A DNA stretch of 50,172 nt, filler included, from Stramenopiles sp. TOSAG23-2 (lineage: Eukaryota), in the NCBI GenBank assembly GCA_900128395.1. It is 2 parts of 2 records of this genome, joined end to end, with 100 filler letters (N's around TTAATTAATTAA, not from the genome) between each part and the next. Parts side by side here need not be neighbours in the genome. Positions count along the whole stretch, not along the records: positions 25,144 to 50,172 come from LT649457.1; 1 more part is not named here. The stretch is one strand, 5' to 3'. Positions within the stretch are counted from its first letter, which is position 1; each line of letters opens with the position of its first letter. Positions 44,479 through 50,172 of the stretch are shown in pieces. Both the position numbers and the translations under genes were made by a program. The notes under the pieces are model-generated. The model saw only the letters and a list, made by a program, of their open reading frames with translations. It searched no databases and was not told the DNA's origin.

Positions 44479-45126
44479 TCATTGTGAATCACGTTGTCTC
44501 TTGCGATTGTTACTATAATTATTATTGTAATTGTTGTTGTTATTATTATTATGATATCTGCGGTTACCACCACCACCACCACCAAAATTGTTGTTAATAT
44601 TACTAAAATTCCGATGTCTTCCATTTTTTCTATCATCTCTTCGTTTTCTTCTTTTATTATGCGATTTTTTATTGTTGTTGTTTTTATTATCCCCCCAGCC
44701 ACCTCTTCCAGAATCAAATTTGCTACGATGATCATCAGATGCTTGACCGCCAGTCTTTCCACGACCCCATTGTCTACCATCTTTATATCCCGGATCCATT
44801 TCTACTTTGATTATTCGTTCATCAAATTTTGCCCCATTTAACATGTCAACTGCTAGTTGTGCTGCCTCGTGTGTAAAATATTGAACAAATGCAAATCCAC
44901 AAGGCGTCCTCGTTATTCTATTCAAGCCCATTATAATTTTACGCACTTCGCCACAAGACGAGAAGAAAGCACTAATTTGAGGTTCAGTTGAGTAATATGT
45001 TAAATTACCTATATACACGGTGTCTGAACCCACCAATGCATTCTTTGCATCATCATAAGTAGCAAATGTACGTCGGTCCCAGTATATCTTCGATTTCGGT
45101 CTTAGTTTTTTTAAAATCTCTGCCAT
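44479..45126 (-). CDS. NCBP2: Nuclear cap-binding protein subunit 2 (CBP20)
   Basis: YIGNLTYYSTEPQI, IIMGLNR..TPCGFAFVQY, GRQWGRGKTGGQ. Confidence 0.96.
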   Translation of the reverse strand: MAEILKKLRPKSKIYWDRRTFATYDDAKNALVGSDTVYIGNLTYYSTEPQISAFFSSCGEVRKIIMGLNRITRTPCGFAFVQYFTHEAAQLAVDMLNGAKFDERIIKVEMDPGYKDGRQWGRGKTGGQASDDHRSKFDSGRGGWGDNKNNNNKKSHNKRRKRRDDRKNGRHRNFSNINNNFGGGGGGNRRYHNNNNNNNYNNNYSNNRKRQRDSQ

Positions 45127-45532
45127 TATTATGAGTTATTACAATAAATATATAAATATCTGGTTCGCAATTTACTACAGGGAATGTTACGTTAGTTTCT
45201 ACAATGGAATAGACAGAATAATATTGTTGCTATGATTGATGAGATTTCATAAATAAACTATATGATATATCAATATGATTGTAAAATGAATGGATTTACA
45301 TTTTAATTTATTCCATTTATATTTTTTTAAATCTAAAAATCTTCTAGACTAATATTTTTTTTTTATCATCAATAATTTAAATATTAATAATATAAGATTC
45401 ATCATCATCATTGGTATTGTTGCCATCAGTATTAATATTAAAGCTATTTAAGTATGGATTTGCATAGACGACTACTGTAGTATAAATAATTGATCTAGCC
45501 TGCCGGCCTGCCCAGCCTGCCCGGCAGAATAT

Positions 45533-45799
45533 TAAATCGGAACCAACGGGAACGAAAATATTAGCATAGGAATAGCATTAGAATAGAGTTGAAGAGTAGG
45601 GTTCATGGGGAACGAAATTGGATCAAAATATGCCGATTATTGATATTATTAACCTACAAATATCCGATTATTATTTCGTAAAATGTAATATCTATATAGT
45701 TATTTATTTTTAAAAATGAAATAACAAAATCCTTTTTTGAAATTCATTTTTTGATAAGATTTCGTTCCCCTTGATTTCGGTCCCATTGGTTCCGATTTA
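45533..45799. mobile_element. MITE-like element, family B (about 267 bp)
   Basis: TAAATCGGAACCAACGGGAACGAAA ... TTTCGGTCCCATTGGTTCCGATTTA terminal IR; inner IR GGGGAACGAAAT (45607) / ATTTCGTTCCCC (45759). Confidence 0.7.
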
Positions 45800-46112
45800 G
45801 AATCTACCCAAGGCCTGGAAAGCAATGCTGCTATGCTATAGAACTAATAAATATTGGTGCTGGTGTGTGCTGGTGTGATGACCTTAGCAATGCAAATTAT
45901 AATAATAAATTAAAAGGGAGAATAATAAAAAATATGGGGATGATAATAGATGATGTTGCAGATGATAATATAATATTGCACAATTCTTCTTGTAATAATA
46001 TATAGTGTATACAAATGTGTGCATAAAAATGAATATAAAACTTAAAGAGAAGAATATACAGAGAAATACAGATAAAGTACGAAATGAACAAATTGCTATC
46101 TACCAAAAAAAA

Positions 46113-47525
46113 ATGAATAGTAGTGGTAACGAGAAGGATACATTGCTCGGGGCAAATAAAAGTAAAACGAAGAAAAAAAATAAACAAGTTGGTAATAATA
46201 AAAAATTTGTAGATGATGATAATAATGACGTAATTTTAAAAATAGATAAATATATCTTATCAACGATTGTATTAACAATTGCATTTTTTTTTCTATTTGC
46301 ACCATTCAGCGCGATACAAAATTTAGAAAGTAGCTTAAATGCTGAGGATAAACTTGGTCCTACTGCGCTTGCAACTTTATATTTAGTGTATACATTTGGT
46401 TGTTTGTTAGCTCCTGCTGTCGTTGGTACCTTAGGTGCAAAATATAGCATGGTAATAAGTAGCGTTTTTGTTTGTTTATTTGTAGTTGCTCACGTAAAAC
46501 CAACGTGGTTTACACTTATGCCAGCTTCTGCATCAGTTGGTCTATGGTGCGCTTTTATGTGGGCTGCTCAAGGTGTTTATATTACTAATTGTGCGCTTGG
46601 TTACGCAGCATCAAATGAAGGTGTCACAACTGCAGATGCTTTGAATTTATTTAATGGCATGTTTTGGGGATTATATAATGTAAACCAAATTTTAGGCAAC
46701 GTTATTTCCTCATTAGTTTTGTCCCGCGGGCATTCGCAACAAACTTTGTTCACATTATTTTTCTTGTTTCTTGCGCTTGCTGTTTTAGCGACATGTTTAA
46801 TGTGTATGCTGCGACCATTGGCTGAGATTAATGATAGCATTGTTGGCAGAAAAATAGAGGAGAAAGATGTAGCCGAGAAAACGGTCGGTGGAATGATAGT
46901 TAATACATTTGCAGTTATGCAAGATCGAGAAATGATGCTTCTATCACCATTGTTTTTTTTCACCGGTCTTAGTTTTGGATTTTTATGTAGTGATTTTAGT
47001 AAAGATCTTGTACATGAATCATTAGGTGTTCAACACATTGGATTGGTAATGTGTGCTTTTGGTGGCGCCGATGCTATTGCTTGCCTTATCTTAGGCAAAG
47101 CATCTAAATATATTGATCAACGACGGTTGATGATTTTCATGTATTTTGGATATACATGTTTATTTTTGTTTTTCATGGTTTGGTCTGTTCGTACCAATGC
47201 ATATATTGAACTATATTTAGTGGCCATTATATATGGATGCGTTGATGCTATTGCAATCACACAGATTTATGCCGTTATTGGCGAACGTTTTCAAGATAAT
47301 ATGGAAAGCGCTTTTGCGCTTTTTAGAATGTGGAATAGTCTTGCAATGTCACTTGCATTTTTTGGAAGTTCACTTTTACCATGGTTTGCAAAAGTGCTTG
47401 TTATTTTAATAGCATTGAATATATCAATGGCTGGTTTCTTTGCTTTAAAACGTGATGATGTAGCACCTTTATTTTGCAAATCATATTTGTTTTGTTTTAA
47501 ATTTGAAGGAGAAAGAAAAAAGTAA
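46113..47525 (+). CDS. UNC93-like MFS membrane protein
   Basis: AFFFLFAPFSAIQNLESSLN, GLWCAFMWAAQGVYIT, SAFALFRMW; about 12 TM; start uncertain (46029 or 46113). Confidence 0.9.
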   Translation: MNSSGNEKDTLLGANKSKTKKKNKQVGNNKKFVDDDNNDVILKIDKYILSTIVLTIAFFFLFAPFSAIQNLESSLNAEDKLGPTALATLYLVYTFGCLLAPAVVGTLGAKYSMVISSVFVCLFVVAHVKPTWFTLMPASASVGLWCAFMWAAQGVYITNCALGYAASNEGVTTADALNLFNGMFWGLYNVNQILGNVISSLVLSRGHSQQTLFTLFFLFLALAVLATCLMCMLRPLAEINDSIVGRKIEEKDVAEKTVGGMIVNTFAVMQDREMMLLSPLFFFTGLSFGFLCSDFSKDLVHESLGVQHIGLVMCAFGGADAIACLILGKASKYIDQRRLMIFMYFGYTCLFLFFMVWSVRTNAYIELYLVAIIYGCVDAIAITQIYAVIGERFQDNMESAFALFRMWNSLAMSLAFFGSSLLPWFAKVLVILIALNISMAGFFALKRDDVAPLFCKSYLFCFKFEGERKK

Positions 47526-47822
47526 TATACTCGTAACATATTTTATACCTTCTCGGTAATTCCTGTTATGGTATCTATTGACACATAAATTGTCAGATAG
47601 AGAATATTAATATTGGCCCAAACACTCTGTAGTATTCTCTTGAGAGTAAAAGGAATTGTGAATGGGTATTAATAATACGAACCGTACATGATAAGTTCGT
47701 ACGGGTCGTAGATAATTTTCCTTCCCGTGGTAAATAATATGCTCAATACTACACACATAAAAAATATATACTAATATATATATATATATATATTACCGGA
47801 TTATTTGGATAGATTACCCCCC

Positions 47823-48897
47823 CTAAATAACAAGATCAAGTTCCTCCTCGTCGTCACTTGATTTCTCCTCACCTTCTGATTCCTCATTACTTGAAGTGTT
47901 GGTAGATGGGCCACTATTCAGCATAGGGTTTGTAATGCTATTATCACCATTCAATTTCGTGGGAGAGGGAATACCTGCAGGGACCATTACCGTTATTGAG
48001 CTACCAGGTTTGGCCATTCTTGGAATAACAACAGAAATATGCTTGCCGTTAGGAGAATTAACTAAAATTTTTTGGCCAGGCCTTACACCTTGTGGAACAA
48101 TAAATCTAATTTTCATCATCTGTTGATGATGTGCTTGAATTGCTGAATGTGTATCATGCATTTCCCTTCCTTTCTCCGCTTCACTATCGAATTCATCCAT
48201 AAATTTTCTTTTACTAGCTCTTCTCTTACCCGTAACTTTTTCCTGGAGATCATCTGCTGTATCTTGACATTCTATGGTATAATATACCTGTTGGTATAGC
48301 GTAGCGAAGGGTAAAGAAAGAATGGTGTGTTAGCATGTGGATTTCTACCATCAATATATATTAAAATATATATATATCGGGAGAATAAAATTTACTTACG
48401 TTTGCATCGTCGACAGAAACACCCACAGCATCGATTTAATCGTGTACGAACACTTTTTGGCATAAAAAAATATACGTGGAATATTAAATTCAGCACAAAA
48501 TAGATAACGAACAATAAATTGACAAGCGCTATTACCATTCCAAGGGTATAATTCAAGGAGGACGCCTCCGTCTCTGTCATCGTTCGGTGCATTTATTAAT
48601 AGAGTTAGCAGCTGTTATAGCTGTGGCTGAATGATCTGGGCATTTATCGCAATCTTTATTTCCATCGAAATCTTTATAATAATTCAATGGACACGCTTTG
48701 CATTCAACTGCAGTTGTTACAGTTGTATCTTGTTGATACCCCGCTTTGCACACGCAGCTATCTTTTCGTTTGTTCAAAACAGCATTTGCCGTACAGCCGG
48801 GGGCTTTCACACTGATGTAATATTTTCCTTCGCCAATTTCCCCCCCAGAGAGTAAAATTCTGACCTCAATTCTACCATATTTTTCCAATTTTAATGA
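47823..48897 (-). pseudogene. Fragmented cell-surface protein gene: Cys-rich ephrin-receptor-like repeat joined out of frame to the last TM helix and a spliced cytoplasmic tail
   Basis: CVCKAGY..CKACPLNYYKDFDGNKDCDKCPDHS, then frame switch near 48580 to a TM segment; GTAAGT donor at 48399, TGCTAAC branch, in-frame acceptor TAG at 48272 leading to tail VPQGVRPGQ..VVIP; no 5' end. Confidence 0.6.
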
Positions 48898-48900
48898 AGC

Positions 48901-49941
48901 TTTATTAATTATTTTGGTTTGCAACGTTTTGGTACTGGTATTGTCCCAACACATCTTGTTGGTATGTCCGTATTAAAACGAGATTGGAAAAAAGCAATTG
49001 ATTTAATTATGACTGGCGGAACAAAAGAACGTCAAGATATCGCAAAAGCACGTGAAGCATATAGGGATGGTAAAATATCACAAAGCTTGCGCATGATGCC
49101 GCGTCATATGCATACTGAATCAACCGTATTAAAAAATCTTAAAAAACAACAAGAGCGTCAAAGTGATGAAAATAAAACTTTAGATTATTCAGCAGCATTA
49201 AATGCTTTGCCACGACATTTGACACAACTTTATACACATGCGTATCAATCATATGTATGGAATCGTTTGGTGTCTGAGCGTCTAAATTCTTCTAGCGATT
49301 GCCGTAAAGTATTGGTTGGTGATTTAATAATAATAACTAAAACTACATCGATCCAGGAAGGTAATGAAACGGCGAACAATGGCAATTGTAAAGCTAAAAA
49401 AAACCTTGAAGAAATAGAATGTGATTATGTTACAACGAAAGATATTGAAAATGATAAATATACCATTGATGATGTTGTGTTTCCCTTGCCAGGTAAAAGT
49501 ACTAAATATCCAAACAATGTTTATGGCGAACGTATGGTGAATATAATGAAAGGCGATGGTATTATTATTGATGATTTGCAAGAAGCAGCAAAAGTTGATA
49601 CGTCATTTCATGGATCATATCGTAAAATCATTCAACGTGCAAAAAATGTATCATTTGAAGTGAAAAGTTACAAAGGTAAAAATAATGATGAATTGTGTAA
49701 AACTGGTTTAGAGGAATTATTAAATAAAGAACGGCAAAATGCTAGGAATAGGAAGAACATGATGATGCCAAATAATGATAAAGATCATGGTAGAGGAAAT
49801 CGAAGTAATAATAATAATATTTTGTCAAAATTAGAAGAAAAAGATGAAATAGATAGAATAGCTGTGATTTTAAAGTTTCAATTACCAAAATCAACTTATG
49901 CAACAATGTGTTTGCGAGAGATATCTATGACAAGTACATGA
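48901..49941 (+). pseudogene. PUS7: C-terminal half of TruD/PUS7 pseudouridine synthase
   Basis: FINYFGLQRFG, YTHAYQSYVWN, VVFPLPG, GSYRKII, FQLPKSTYATMCLRE; in-frame TGA at 48895; no N-terminal catalytic GxKD exon visible. Confidence 0.75.
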
Positions 49942-50172
49942 TATATTGACTTTATTTTAAGTTTATTGAACATTTAATTATAGAAATTTTTGTTTGTGTG
50001 TGTACCCAGTGTACACATACTTATACTTCGTAGTCATTCGTAATTTGAATCTGTTTTTTAAGGAGAAATATGTGCGTATTCTAATAATAATAATAACGAG
50101 TATTAAATTATTTTGATACTAGTCTTAGTCGTCTACAGATGTTTGCAACCAACACCGGACAGTGAGAGAGCT

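Noticed and set aside
1333-47792. Dispersed (TA)n, (TAA)n and coding poly-Asn/Thr microsatellites
   Set aside because: Generic feature of AT-rich protist genomes; no specific pattern supportable here
48895-48897. TGA upstream of PUS7 as selenocysteine or an alternative genetic code
   Set aside because: Sequence upstream of the TGA shows no PUS7 similarity, and the other genes read normally in the standard code
167-49581. Numerous 60-180 aa antisense or overlapping ORFs in the track
   Set aside because: Shadow frames of real genes or AT-rich low-complexity translations with no domain motifs

Overview
AT-rich (roughly 30% GC), gene-dense, intron-poor nuclear DNA from a microbial eukaryote. 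A stramenopile or other protist is my inference from gene content, not proven. The window is two contigs joined by an artificial linker (44 N + TTAATTAATTAA + 44 N, 25044-25143), so linkage across that point cannot be trusted. There are about 24 protein-coding loci. Left contig: MOCS2B, Rab5, a secreted Cys-rich protein, a secreted ankyrin protein, a GH27 alpha-galactosidase, a Cys-rich membrane protein, an EF-hand/ankyrin/FN3 protein (spliced), a winged-helix-like protein, a polytopic class-3 lipase (spliced), a NUDT19-like Nudix hydrolase, a P450, a C2H2 protein, a HET/TIR-like-TPR protein and a frameshifted C2-HEAT gene. Right contig: a >2800-aa membrane protein, a WDR48-like protein, a START protein, a PhyH dioxygenase, a GST, PIG-A, a hypothetical protein, CBP20, an UNC93-like MFS, and a junction of two truncated genes including a PUS7 half. 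Most notable: (1) four enzymes ending in canonical PTS1 signals, in two adjacent pairs, including an anchor-less P450 with Asn in place of the I-helix Thr (candidate peroxisomal peroxygenase); (2) an 11-bp palindrome TACGRNYCGTA that I found only downstream of stop codons; (3) two MITE-like families in divergent promoters; (4) a tail-anchored HET/TIR-like-TPR immune-receptor candidate; (5) unusual domain topologies (EF-hands inside an FN3 domain, an apparently permuted RING). I saw no rRNA, tRNA or CRISPR.
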